Shown piece after piece: positions 20,713 through 32,748 of a stretch of 64,000 nucleotides of DNA. Positions within the stretch are counted from its first letter, which is position 1. Each line of letters opens with the position of its first letter. Below the pieces are notes generated by a model that made no database searches, was not told the DNA's origin, and saw nothing but the letters and a program-made list of their open reading frames with translations. Source of the stretch: Candidatus Sericytochromatia bacterium (GTDB lineage: Bacteria > Cyanobacteriota > Sericytochromatia > S15B-MN24 > UBA4093); contig JAKFCT010000082.1 of NCBI GenBank assembly GCA_036676495.1, positions 32,001 through 96,000 on the forward strand, in the 5' to 3' direction. The position numbers and the translations under genes are program-made.

Positions 20713-20878
20713 AATCTTCCCTATCTTGTCCCCCCTTGACGGGGGGACGGGGCAAAGCCCCAGGGGGGTGTTGGCCGGCGCAGCCAAGGCGTTCCTCGTT
20801 TTAAGGAACCTGGGAGCAGTAACACCCCCCTGGCTTCGCCAGTCCCCCCGTCAAGGGGGGACAAGAAATGGAAAATCA
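20710..20878. repeat. Nested-palindrome REP/MITE-like element, copy 2
   Basis: AATCTTCCCTATCTTGTCCCCCTTGACGGGGGGAC...core...GTCCCCCCGTCAAGGGGGGACAAGA. Confidence 0.9.
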
Positions 20879-20982
20879 ATGGGCAAGTTTTCCGGGGACG
20901 CTTCCGATAAGGTTAATGGAAGCTTAAGTCTATCACGTCAGGTTAACCTGTGCGTCGATTCCACCGGAAAGGGAGCAGGCCC

Positions 20983-21288
20983 ATGCGCAAGATCCTCTCG
21001 TTCGTATCGCCGGAGCTCGGCATCACCTACCAGGAGCTTTACGGGGAGCTGGCGGATCGCGCGGAGACGACCTTCGAGGAGGCGACCCGCCGCTTCCCCC
21101 CCGATGAGGCCGTTACCGCCTTGCAGTACCACCGCCGGATGGCCGAGCGGCGGCAAGTCTACCGGGACCTCGCCGAGCGTCTCGGGGTCAGCGCCGACGT
21201 CGTTTTCGCGGCCTGCACCACCGAAGGCGCGAAAAAGCTGCTGGATGCGCTCGACGCCAAGGCCATGCCGCTCGCAGCCGCCCAGTAA
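20983..21288 (+). CDS. Small helical hypothetical protein
   Basis: GGGAG RBS, ATG 20983, followed by a terminator. Confidence 0.65.
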   Translation: MRKILSFVSPELGITYQELYGELADRAETTFEEATRRFPPDEAVTALQYHRRMAERRQVYRDLAERLGVSADVVFAACTTEGAKKLLDALDAKAMPLAAAQ

Positions 21289-21299
21289 CTTGACTTCCG

Positions 21300-21339
21300 C
21301 TCGCCCCCTGGTCTGAAACCCAGGGGGCGAGATTTCTTT
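21300..21339 (+). terminator. Intrinsic terminator
   Basis: CTCGCCCCCTGG / CCAGGGGGCGAG then ATTTCTTT. Confidence 0.7.
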
Positions 21340-21383
21340 GGGGAGGACTTGTAGGACAGGCAAGCGCGTGGTACAAGACCCAC

Positions 21384-22781
21384 GTGACACAACGATTCCT
21401 CCTTATCATCATGCTGATGGCGGCGCTCCTCGTTCCGGCGATCCCGGCGCAGGCCGTGACCTACACGGTCCACTCCGATGCGGAGGGGACCACTTTTCGC
21501 TTCTTCGCTCAGAACCCGAAGCTGATCCGGAAGGTCGGCCTGGCGGAGGGCATCCGGTATGACGTCTCGGTGGCCCATTCGGCGCGCTACACGCTAAAGA
21601 AGCCCCTGGGCCGCGGCCCCATCCGGGAAGTGACGATCGTCCAGCGCGGGAAGAAGGCCTCGGTGAGCTTGCACTGGCGCTTCCCGGTGGCTCCCAACCC
21701 CCAGTTCACTCGGGGACGGATGGAGCTCTACTGGCCCCATGAACTCGGCAGGACCACGTCCAGCCGCCTGGCGGACGGGGTGATGCTGACCCGGACGCAT
21801 CGCTTCACGCCGGCCGGCCCCCAGGTGATTCACGTGGTGCGGGCCGACCTCTCGAAGGCCTCGCTCATCCCGCAACTGGCCGTCGGCGACGGAGACGGCT
21901 TCGGGCTGGAGCCCGTGGGCTCCATTGCCCGCCGCTCGAAGGCCTTGGCGGCCATCAACGGAAGCTTCTTCTCCCCCAAGGGCGGCGAACCCATCGGGCT
22001 CCTGGTCCTCGACGGGCAGATCATCTCGTCGAGCTATTACAACCGCTCGGTCTTCGGGATCCGTCACGACGGCACCTGCTTCATCGACAACGCCAAGCTG
22101 CTGGCGGCGGTTCGCCTGGAGCGTGAGGACAAGGTCTTCATCGCCAACGGCGTCAACCAGAACGCGAGCCGCGACAAGATCGTCCTCTACACCCATCACT
22201 ACGGCCATCGCACCCGGACCGTGCCCGATCCCAGCCGCCGGGAGTTCGCGATCGCGGAGGATGGGACCGTGCTCGCCGCGGCGACGGGCAACATGGAGAT
22301 CCCGCGCAACGGCTACGTCCTCTCGGCCCAGGGGGAGGCCATCTGGAACCTCAAGAAGTTCATGCGCGTCGGGGACCGGGCCCATGTCTACTCCGAGCTG
22401 AACGGCCTCTGGCGCGGCGTCAAGTATGCGATCGGCGGTGGCCCCACCCTGGTCGAGCGCGGGCACGTCAACGTCACGGCCAAGGAGGAGCGCTTCGGGC
22501 CTCAGATCGCCCGGGGACGCGCGCCGCGCACCGCCATCGGCTACCTCGGCGCCAAGGAGGTCGTGCTGGTGACCGTTGACGGTCGCCACCAGCACTCGGT
22601 GGGGATGACCCTCTACGAGCTGGCTCGCTACCTCAGGGGCATCGGCGTGATGGATGCCATCAACCTCGACGGGGGCGGATCCACGACCCTGGTGGTGGGC
22701 GGCCGCACCATGAACCGTCCCAGCGACGGCCACGAGCGCCCGGTCAACAACGCCCTCTTGCTCAGCGTCGGACGCCGCTAG
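21384..22781 (+). CDS. Secreted phosphodiester glycosidase (NAGPA/DUF2233) family protein
   Basis: Signal peptide (AQA); AINGSFF, GGGP, PRTAIG, VDGR, NLDGGGS. Confidence 0.88.
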   Translation: MTQRFLLIIMLMAALLVPAIPAQAVTYTVHSDAEGTTFRFFAQNPKLIRKVGLAEGIRYDVSVAHSARYTLKKPLGRGPIREVTIVQRGKKASVSLHWRFPVAPNPQFTRGRMELYWPHELGRTTSSRLADGVMLTRTHRFTPAGPQVIHVVRADLSKASLIPQLAVGDGDGFGLEPVGSIARRSKALAAINGSFFSPKGGEPIGLLVLDGQIISSSYYNRSVFGIRHDGTCFIDNAKLLAAVRLEREDKVFIANGVNQNASRDKIVLYTHHYGHRTRTVPDPSRREFAIAEDGTVLAAATGNMEIPRNGYVLSAQGEAIWNLKKFMRVGDRAHVYSELNGLWRGVKYAIGGGPTLVERGHVNVTAKEERFGPQIARGRAPRTAIGYLGAKEVVLVTVDGRHQHSVGMTLYELARYLRGIGVMDAINLDGGGSTTLVVGGRTMNRPSDGHERPVNNALLLSVGRR

Positions 22782-22825
22782 CTCCTCGCCTGGCGCCCCC
22801 CGGCTCGTACGGCTATAATGGGGGC

Positions 22826-23179
22826 GTGGAAACCTTCGTTGGCTTCGGAGCTTGGCGTAATGCCGCCGTCTTGCTCAACCTCGTGGCGTTTTTCTTCGGC
22901 TTCTCCGCATTCAGCGTGGGCCTGCTCATTGCTGCGCGCGTGAAGCGCCTGCTGACGGGCTCGCAGGGTGGGATGCTCGTGGGCCTGGTTCACGCCTTCC
23001 TGCTCGCGTCGGGGACCTTGGCCCTGCGCTCCCTCGCCATCATCCTCTTTCACCTGAATCTCCTGCCGCGCATGCTGGCGCTTCCCGTGGCCGATCTCTC
23101 TCTGCTCGCCCTGGGCGGGGCGCTCTTCTGGGCGTACCTCGTTTTCGAACGCTTCCTCGATAGCAAGGAGAACGCGTGA
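22826..23179 (+). CDS. Small three-TM membrane protein
   Basis: Three hydrophobic segments; TATAAT lies ~6 nt upstream of the GTG, so it may be leaderless. Confidence 0.6.
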   Translation: METFVGFGAWRNAAVLLNLVAFFFGFSAFSVGLLIAARVKRLLTGSQGGMLVGLVHAFLLASGTLALRSLAIILFHLNLLPRMLALPVADLSLLALGGALFWAYLVFERFLDSKENA

Positions 23180-23353
23180 GGACGGATCTTCGGCCGTCGC
23201 GCCTCCGGTAAGATCGGTCACAGCCTTCCTTCCCGCCGCCGTGGTACTCCCGATCATGGGGGAGTTTCACTCGCCGGTCGTTGCTTCAGGTCTGCTTCGC
23301 TTTCCAGCGAGAGCCGCAGGCGCTCCGCAACAGCCGCTGGCGCTAGGGGGAGG

Positions 23354-24562
23354 ATGTGGATGAAGGCGGCCTACTTCGATTGCTTCAATGGGGCGAGTGA
23401 GCCCATGCTGCTTGCGGCCCTTCTCGACGCGGGGGCCGACGTCGATCGGCTTCGCGCGGAGCTCACGGCCCTGGTCCCCGACGGCTGCACCCTCAGTCTC
23501 TTCCGGGATCCCGGCGCGCTGGGCGTGCGGGTCGAGGTCCTGGCTCCGGCAGGGGCCTCGCTCAAGGAGATGAAGGACGTCGTCGCGTTCTTGCAGGCCT
23601 CCACGCTCCCCAAGTCGGTCCAAGAGCGGACGCTCCGGGCGTATCACAAGCTTGCTCTCGCCGAGGCCAAGCTCGGCGGGACCACCTCCGATCGGGTCTT
23701 CCTGCGCGAGCATGGCGCGCTCGAGCGCTTCCTCACCGTGGTCGCGATCAGCCTCGCCGTCGACATGCTGGGGCTTTCGGTCCTTTACGCCTCCCCGCTT
23801 CCGATGGGCTCCGGCCTGGTGCGGACGGCGCAGGGGCTCTTGCCCAACCCGCAGCCGCTGGTGGTCGAGATCCTGGCGGGGGTGCCGATCTATGACAACG
23901 GCGAGCCCGGAGAGAAGGTGACTCCCCTGGCGGCGGCCTTGCTGGCGACGATGATCCGAGAGTTCGGGGCGCTGCCGGCTTTCCGGCTGGAGGCCCAGGG
24001 CTGGGGCCGGGGCCCGGCCGCGACCGAAGGGGGCTTGCCGCAGGCCATGCGGGTCCTGCTGGGGCAGTTGCAGGCGGCGGGCGGCGAAGGTCGCGAGACG
24101 GTCTCGGTGATCGAGACCAACATCGACGACTCCAATCCGCAGTTCTACGAGTACGTGGTGGAGAAGCTCTTTGCCGAGGGGGCGTTGGACGTCTTCCTGA
24201 CGCCGGTGATCATGAAGCGGGGCCGACCGGCGATCAAGCTGACGGTGATCGCCCCGAACGAGAAGGTGGAGGCGCTGGGGGCGATCATCTTCGCGGAGAC
24301 GCCATCGATCGGGCTGCGGACCTACCAGGCGGAACGGCAGGTGCTCAGCCGGGAGATCCTGTCGATCCGGACGGATTTCGGGCCGATCCGGGTGAAGGTG
24401 GCGCGGCAGATGGGGGCGATCGCCAACCTCATGCCGGAGTACAAGGATTGCGTGACCGCGGCCCGCATGCAGGGCGTTCCCTTGAAGGTGGTCTGGCAAG
24501 CGACGGTGGCGCAGGCGCTGCAAGAAGTCGGGGGGCCGGGACTGCCGTCGCCGCACGCATGA
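23354..24562 (+). CDS. larC: LarC/DUF111-family protein with divergent N-terminal half
   Basis: YFDCF start; C-terminal ETNIDD, GALDV, MKRGRP, ETPSIGLR, PEYKDC. Canonical N-terminal His motifs are absent. Confidence 0.85.
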   Translation: MWMKAAYFDCFNGASEPMLLAALLDAGADVDRLRAELTALVPDGCTLSLFRDPGALGVRVEVLAPAGASLKEMKDVVAFLQASTLPKSVQERTLRAYHKLALAEAKLGGTTSDRVFLREHGALERFLTVVAISLAVDMLGLSVLYASPLPMGSGLVRTAQGLLPNPQPLVVEILAGVPIYDNGEPGEKVTPLAAALLATMIREFGALPAFRLEAQGWGRGPAATEGGLPQAMRVLLGQLQAAGGEGRETVSVIETNIDDSNPQFYEYVVEKLFAEGALDVFLTPVIMKRGRPAIKLTVIAPNEKVEALGAIIFAETPSIGLRTYQAERQVLSREILSIRTDFGPIRVKVARQMGAIANLMPEYKDCVTAARMQGVPLKVVWQATVAQALQEVGGPGLPSPHA

Positions 24563-24675
24563 CGCCTCCTCTCATGCTGGACATGCCGCGTGGGCTTCGC
24601 CATCATGAGGGCACCGCGAGGCCCGCGGCAGCGGGAAGCGCCCGCGGCCCCGGCATCAATAAAGGAGCTTGCGCC

Positions 24676-25167
24676 ATGATCGACTTGACCGTTTCCGGGG
24701 TGATCCTCGAGCCGCAGTCGCAGGCGCCGATCGTCGTCCTGAAGGATGCCGAGGAGCGGCGCGCCCTGTTGATCTGGGTGGGGGAGTTCGAGGCGAGCGC
24801 GATCGCCATGGCATTGGAGCATGTGCGGACTCCGCGGCCCCTGACGCATGATTTGCTGATGCGCCTGTCGGACGCCTTGGGCGCCAAGCTCCTCGAGGTG
24901 CGCATCAACGACATGCGCGAGGCCACGTTCTTCGCGGAGCTGGTCTTCGAGGCGGGCGGGCAGCAGCAGGTGGTGGACGCGCGGCCCTCGGATGCGATCG
25001 CCATGGCGCTACGGGCCGGGGCCCCGATCAAGGCGGCGGAGCCCGTCATGGAGTCCTCCGCGGTGCCGATCAGCCATGGCCAGGAAGAGGAAGAGTCCGA
25101 GGAGTTCCGGAAGTTCCTCGAGAACGTGAAGCCCAGTGACTTCGGAAAGTTCGGGGAGCGGTCCTAG
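24676..25167 (+). CDS. Bifunctional nuclease family protein (DUF151)
   Basis: LLIWVGEFEASAI, RPLTHDL, DARPSDAIAMALR; AAGGAG RBS. Confidence 0.92.
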   Translation: MIDLTVSGVILEPQSQAPIVVLKDAEERRALLIWVGEFEASAIAMALEHVRTPRPLTHDLLMRLSDALGAKLLEVRINDMREATFFAELVFEAGGQQQVVDARPSDAIAMALRAGAPIKAAEPVMESSAVPISHGQEEEESEEFRKFLENVKPSDFGKFGERS

Positions 25168-25180
25168 GCGGATAGCCGCG

Positions 25181-25834
25181 CTAGACCGATTGCGCCGAGG
25201 CGACCCGCTCCCAGCTGAGCTGCGTGAGCTCCAGATCAAGCGACCGTGCCTCATGCCAGAGGCTGGTCGCTTTTCCTTCAATCTCCGCGGCGATTTCGGG
25301 CACTTCGCGGCTCTTGGCGAGGGCGAAGAGGGCGCAGGCCATGGTGGCGGCGGCGGCGGTGCGGGCGGCGAGGAAGGCGGCCGAGGTGCTTTGCGGGTGC
25401 CCGTAGCGCAGGACCGATTCGGCGAGGCCGAGCACTTCCTTGGCGGATTGCGCCAGGGACAGGGGGTTCTTGGCCTGGTTCGAGAGGGCGAGGGCGATGC
25501 AATCGCGCCGGACGGCGAGTTCTTCGGCCGAGCTCTGCGGCAGGGCATGGGCATGGCTGAGGCGGTTGGCGGCGATGGCGTCCTGGTCGATGGTTTCCTG
25601 GAGGCCGTCGGAGAGCGCTTCGGCACGGGTGATGATGCGGTTCATCTCCTCGGTCATGGGCTCGAAGCCGTCGCGGCCCAGGGTCTTGCGAGCGGCCTTG
25701 GCGACGAGGCTGGCGGCAAAGGCGGCCTGCATGGCGGCACCTCCGACGGTCCCCGGGCCTTGGGGGCTGGCGAACTCCTGGAAGAGTTCTTCGAGGGGAT
25801 AACGGTAGGAGGGAAGGTTTGCGGGTTTCGTCAC
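25181..25834 (-). CDS. Cyclodeaminase/cyclohydrolase (FTCD C-terminal)-like protein, divergent
   Basis: LEELFQEFAS...AASLVAKAARKT...IDQDAIA...LPQSSAEELAVR...PL pattern; the TPGGG motif is replaced by PGTVGG. Confidence 0.7.
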   Translation of the reverse strand: MTKPANLPSYRYPLEELFQEFASPQGPGTVGGAAMQAAFAASLVAKAARKTLGRDGFEPMTEEMNRIITRAEALSDGLQETIDQDAIAANRLSHAHALPQSSAEELAVRRDCIALALSNQAKNPLSLAQSAKEVLGLAESVLRYGHPQSTSAAFLAARTAAAATMACALFALAKSREVPEIAAEIEGKATSLWHEARSLDLELTQLSWERVASAQSV

Positions 25835-26013
25835 CGGTGGTCTCTCTTGCTTGAAATGGGCCGGATGGGCCGAGCAAAGGGCATTATAGCATGCGGCATG
25901 CGTCACACTTCGCGCCGAAGGCTTGATCGAGAGGCAAGGGGCACGTTACACTGAGTCAATAACTTTCGCTTAATCTTTGTCGCGTTGTTACGACGTAGCC
26001 ATCAACAGAGGAG

Positions 26014-26790
26014 ATGACGATGAAACTGAAGCTTGCTGCCGCGCTCGTCGCCGGCACCGCCGCGATCACGATGCTCGCCGGCTGCCCCAACATCACCGCG
26101 CCGGATACCGGTAAGAAGGAAGAGTTCAAGTTCAGCCCCGACGCCCTGATCTCGGGCAAGGTCCTCTATGATGGTCAGGCCTTGAACTTCGCGGATGAGA
26201 CCTACAAGCACAAGTTCAAGCTCAAGAACGCCGAGACCGAGAAGGGGACGTCGATGAGCGCCGAGGCGGAGCTCAAGGACGGCATGTTCTTCGAGTACAC
26301 CTCCGGCCCCGAGGAGGGCAAGAAGTACCAGGTGATCTCGGACTACACGGGCGCGGAGCCGACCAAGGCTTCGGAAGTCAACATGATCCGTCTCTTCGTG
26401 ACGGACCCGATCAAGGCCGAGAAGGCAGCGCTCAATCCGATGGTGACCTTCGACCTCGAGTGGGTGATGAACCCCTCGGTGGAGTACAACTCGACCGTCA
26501 CCAAGGGCGCCTCGATGTCCTTCAAGGTCGATCCGATCCAGGGTCGCGAGGCGAAGTACCAGGTGCGCGTCCTCGACAGCAGCAAGACCTCGATCTACGA
26601 GTCGGCGTTCCAGACGACTCCGACCTTCGTGTGGGACATGAAGGCCAACAAGGGCACCAACAGCGGCAATACCGTCGCCGCGGGCAACTACTTCTACCAG
26701 ATCCTCTTCATGCAGAAGGATAAGGCGACGTACGACACCACGACGGCCTACTTCGGCGACAGCTTCCGGATTCCCTTCAAGATCCAGTAG
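26014..26790 (+). CDS. Lipoprotein with C-terminal FlgD/Ig-like motif (paralog A)
   Basis: Lipobox LAGC; FVWDMK...GNTVAAGNYFYQI; GAGGAG RBS. Confidence 0.8.
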   Translation: MTMKLKLAAALVAGTAAITMLAGCPNITAPDTGKKEEFKFSPDALISGKVLYDGQALNFADETYKHKFKLKNAETEKGTSMSAEAELKDGMFFEYTSGPEEGKKYQVISDYTGAEPTKASEVNMIRLFVTDPIKAEKAALNPMVTFDLEWVMNPSVEYNSTVTKGASMSFKVDPIQGREAKYQVRVLDSSKTSIYESAFQTTPTFVWDMKANKGTNSGNTVAAGNYFYQILFMQKDKATYDTTTAYFGDSFRIPFKIQ

Positions 26791-26804
26791 CTTCAAGACC
26801 ACAC

Positions 26805-26833
26805 GGGGGGCGCTTCGGCGCCCCCTTTCCTTT
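26805..26833 (+). terminator. Intrinsic terminator
   Basis: GGGGGCGC-TTCG-GCGCCCCC-TTTCCTTT. Confidence 0.75.
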
Positions 26834-26950
26834 GCCCGTATGCCGCAAAACTCCTTCTCTGCTCCGGCCAATCCCCGGCCGGGGCGATCGCCCTAGGATT
26901 TGGCCAGAAGCGATGAGGCCGGGGGGTCTCGTAGAGGAGGATGAACGCGC

Positions 26951-27700
26951 ATGAAGCTAAAGCGCTTGGGGCTCGGCATCGGCGTTCCGATGGCGATCGG
27001 CGTCTTGGTGGCTTGTAACGCCCTGCCGCCTGGCATCACTCCGGGGAACGAGTCGCTGACGGGGCGGGTGACCTTCAACAACCAGGCTCCCCCCGAACGC
27101 CTGACCGTTCGACTCCGCAGCGACCTCGGTGGCGGGCAGTTCTCGCCGGTGGTCGCGACCACGGCCCAGACGAACGCCAACGGGGAGTTCGCCTTCCAGA
27201 GTCTCGCCCAGGGGACCTATCAGCCTTACTGGGACGATCAGGGACAGATCACCTCGGATCCGGGAGTCAACACGGCGGGCGTCGCCGTGCCGGACGCCGT
27301 GCAGGTGACCGCCAACCAGACGACGGCCCCGAGCGTGAACTTCGACGTCGCCTGGCCGGTCAACCCCAACCCCACGGTGGATGCCTCGATTGCTCTGCCC
27401 TACAACTTCTCCTGGGCTCCCAAGCCGAACCTTCCGTCGGCCGCTCAGTACCAGGTCCTCGTCAAGCAGTACAACGCGGCCAACAAGACCGTGGGCGGCG
27501 ACATCTGGTCGTCGGCCTGGAACACCGGAAACTCGGTGAGCTGGAACGGGAATGCCGGCACCGAGACCAATAGCCCCACCGGAACGAAGGCGGGGGCCGG
27601 AGACTACGTCTACCAGGTCAAATACCGCAAGTCGGGCGGGACCTATGGTGGAGGCAACTTCTTCGGCCAGACCAAATGGATCCCCTTCAAGGTCCAGTAA
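26951..27700 (+). CDS. Lipoprotein with C-terminal FlgD/Ig-like motif (paralog B)
   Basis: Lipobox LVAC; TNANGEFAFQSLAQGTY (carboxypeptidase-regulatory-like); SWNG...AGDYVYQV; ends IPFKVQ like paralog A. Confidence 0.8.
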   Translation: MKLKRLGLGIGVPMAIGVLVACNALPPGITPGNESLTGRVTFNNQAPPERLTVRLRSDLGGGQFSPVVATTAQTNANGEFAFQSLAQGTYQPYWDDQGQITSDPGVNTAGVAVPDAVQVTANQTTAPSVNFDVAWPVNPNPTVDASIALPYNFSWAPKPNLPSAAQYQVLVKQYNAANKTVGGDIWSSAWNTGNSVSWNGNAGTETNSPTGTKAGAGDYVYQVKYRKSGGTYGGGNFFGQTKWIPFKVQ

Positions 27701-27826
27701 CCGGTCGGGGAATCGGGCGCCGGGCTGTGGTCCGGCGCCTTCGCCATGGCGGGTTTAAGAATTCTTATCTGTTGCCTTGATGACGGCGCGCTAAAATTGT
27801 CATGCTGCGGGCCTGCCTTGTTGTCG

Positions 27827-27840
27827 AGAACGGATGATCG
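27827..27840. promoter_or_regulatory. Possible LexA-like box overlapping the start codon of the UvrC/Cho-like gene
   Basis: AGAAC-GGAT-GATCG; one mismatch to the GAAC-N4-GTTC core. Confidence 0.35.
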
Positions 27841-28949
27841 AAGCCACCCCCCTTCACCTCGCCGAACTTCCCACCGTCCCAGGGGTCTACCTCTTCACGG
27901 GTCCTTCGGGGGAGACGCTCTACATCGGCAAATCCGTCAACCTGCGCGAGCGGGTCCGATCCTACTTCCGCAAGCACGGGGGGCATTCCAAGCGGACCAA
28001 GCGCCTTGCGAACGAGGTCTCGGGGATCCGCCTCCTGCCCACCGGGAACGAACTCGAAGCCCTGCTCCTGGAATCCCGTCTCATCAAGGAGTACCAGCCG
28101 CCTTACAACGTTCGCGGCCGGCGCTACGAACATTACCCCTTCGTCAAGATCACCCATGAGCCCTACCCGCGCCTCCTGGTCACGCGCCTGCTGGAGGATG
28201 ACGGAGCCCAGTACTTCGGTCCCTTTCACAGCGCGAGCCGCCTCACGGAGACGCTGGATGCCCTTCAGGCCTTCATGGGCTGGCGGCGCTGCAGCCAGCT
28301 GGAGGCCGCCCCCTGCCTGCACGCGCAGATCGGCCGCTGCCTCGCGCCATGCTCGGGGGAGGCCGACGCGGCCTACGCGACGATGATTGCCCAGGTGGGG
28401 GCGCTGTTGCGTGGTGAGCCCGGCCCGTTGCTCGGGGACCTGCGCGCCCAGATGCGGGAGGCGAGCGATGCCTTGGAGTTCGAACGGGCAGCTCGACTTC
28501 GCGACCGCCTGGCCCCGCTCGCGCGGCTGGTCGCGCGCCAGGAGCGCCTGCGGGGAGCGTTGAGCGAGCTCGACACGCTGGTGGTGGTCCCCGGTGCCTC
28601 CGAGGATTTTCAGCCCACCATCACCCTCCTGGCGATTCGCGCCGCGCGCTGGGTCGGGTCGTTCACCCTGCGGGCCGAGGACCTTCTGCGCTATCCCGAG
28701 CGCCGCAGGAGCCTCAAGCGACTCGAGCGCTTCCTCACGGAGCGCTTCGTGCTGGTCCCTCCCCCGCCCACCCGCATCTCCGCCGTCGAGCTCGACGAGG
28801 TTCAGATCGTGGGCTCTTGGCTGTTTCGCCAGCGCTTGAAACCCGGCTACTTCTCGATTCATGCGGGCCTGCAGGCCGAGACGGCGCGCGACGCCGTGGC
28901 CTTCGCGGTCGGAATGCTGCGTCCTTCGGGAAAAGATCAGCCGCGCTGA
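27834..28949 (+). CDS. Cho-like short UvrC homolog (GIY-YIG + Cys cluster + UVR domain)
   Basis: PGVYLF...LYIGKSVNLRERVRSYF, EALLLESRLIK..PPYN, four-Cys region, ALEFERAARLRD. No recognisable RNase H-like or HhH domains. Confidence 0.88.
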   Translation: MIEATPLHLAELPTVPGVYLFTGPSGETLYIGKSVNLRERVRSYFRKHGGHSKRTKRLANEVSGIRLLPTGNELEALLLESRLIKEYQPPYNVRGRRYEHYPFVKITHEPYPRLLVTRLLEDDGAQYFGPFHSASRLTETLDALQAFMGWRRCSQLEAAPCLHAQIGRCLAPCSGEADAAYATMIAQVGALLRGEPGPLLGDLRAQMREASDALEFERAARLRDRLAPLARLVARQERLRGALSELDTLVVVPGASEDFQPTITLLAIRAARWVGSFTLRAEDLLRYPERRRSLKRLERFLTERFVLVPPPPTRISAVELDEVQIVGSWLFRQRLKPGYFSIHAGLQAETARDAVAFAVGMLRPSGKDQPR

Positions 28950-29016
28950 TCCTTGGGCGCTCGACGCCCCCCGACTAGGGTGGGAGACGGGGCGCGATCA
29001 TCCCGAGGAGGTCCTC

Positions 29017-30452
29017 ATGAAAATCCTGCTGGTCACGGCTGCGCTTCGTCCCGAGGCGAGCGGCATCGGGCTCGGCGGCTTGTCCGCAGCCCAGCGCGTC
29101 TCGGCACTGGCTGCGACCTTGAAGGCGAGCGGGCATGACGTCCGGGTGGCCACCTGCCTGGAAGGCTTCTCGGCGGAGGACAGATTGGAGATCGGTCGCT
29201 GGGGCGAAGAAGTCGCGGTTCCGGGAGGCCGCCTCTCCGTGCATGAGGGGCGTTGGGGAGAGGTTCCGCTCTATGTGCTGGGCGGCGGCCCCGAGGCGGG
29301 CCCGGGGACCTTGGCGCGCGGCGTGCCGGAACTCATGCGCATGGGCGATTGGCAGCCCGAGATCCTCCACGCGCACGACGCCGAGGCGGGGCTCTTGCCC
29401 CTGGTGATCCGGGATACCCTTCGCGATCAGCCCTTCTTCGAGCCGATGGCGCTGGTCTTCACCGTTCATGATCTGGCACGGCAGCTTGTCCAGCCGCCGG
29501 AGATGCTGGATCGCCTCGGGATCGACCGGCGCGTGCTCACGCTCGATGGGGCGGAGTACTACGGCCAGGTCAACGTCCTCAAGGCAGGCCTCACGTTCTC
29601 CGACGAGGTGACCTTGCCTTCCGAGCGCTATGCCCAGGAAGTGCAGGAGCCGACATTCGGGGAGGGCCTGGAAGGGGTTTTCCGCATGCTGGCCCGGAAG
29701 GGCAAGCTGAGCGGAGTGGCGGACGGGATCGATTACCGAAGTTTCGACCCGGCGGCGGATCCGGCGATCGCCCATCCCTTCACGTTGGTGAACCGCACCG
29801 GCAAGTCGCGTTGCAAGGAGGCCCTCCAGCGGGAGTTCGGCCTGCCTCATGAGGACGTTCCCTTGGTCGCGGTGATCGGCGAGCTCAGCGAGGCCAAGGG
29901 GCTCGATCTCATCCGGGAGACCATGGGGATCCTGAGCCACATGGGGATCCAGCTCGCGTTGCTGGGTTCGGGGCAGCCCGAGGACGAGGCGCTTTTCCGC
30001 GCGGCCTTCGCCGAGACCCGCGCCTTGCGGGGGGCGATCGGGTGGGATGAGCGGCTTGCGCGCCGGATGCTGGCCGGCGCGGACATGCTGCTGATGCCGG
30101 AGCGCTTCGAGCCGGACGGGTTCTGGCAGCAAGCCGCCATGCGCTACGGCACGGTGCCGGTCGTCTACGAGACGGGCGGCCTGGCCGATGCGGTGCGGGA
30201 GTTCCAGCCCCGCACGGGGGAAGGCACGGGCTTTCGTTTCTCGCGCTACAACGGAGAGGCCATGCTCGCGGCGTTGCGGCATGCGCAGGCGGTCTACGCG
30301 CAGCCGGCGGCATGGAGCCGCCTGGTGGTGAACGTGATGACGCGGGACTGGTCCTGGGAGGCGGCGGCCGCGCGCTACGAGCAGGCCTACGAGAGGGCGC
30401 TCGCAGCGCGGTCGCTTGCTTTGTCAGCGCGCGCGGTGCCGCCGCTGAGGGG

Positions 30453-30456
<4 letters not shown>
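29017..30456 (+). CDS. glgA: Glycogen synthase (GT5)-like protein, divergent
   Basis: HAHD, FTVH, LKAGL, YAQEV, AGADMLLMP.RFEP, MRYGTVP, TGGLAD, DWSW; lacks the KTGGL motif. Confidence 0.8.
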
Positions 30457-32639
<2,183 letters not shown>

Positions 32640-32748
32640 GCGCGGATCCTCTCGTCATGGGGGAGGGACGAGAGGTATTGTACCCACCTCCCCGAGCGCG
32701 GGGCGCGAAGTCTTGGACAAGGCCGCCCTCATGCCCTAGTCTGGGAGA

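Noticed and set aside
20883-20910. Sigma28-like promoter (CAAGTTTT-N11-TCCGATAA), and the shared 10-mer TGCTTATCCG at 1754 and 48906
   Set aside because: Several mismatches to consensus and inconsistent spacing; cannot be told apart from chance without a genome-wide scan.
23180-23353. NiCo riboswitch upstream of larC
   Set aside because: Hairpins are present but I could not find the conserved NiCo junction nucleotides.
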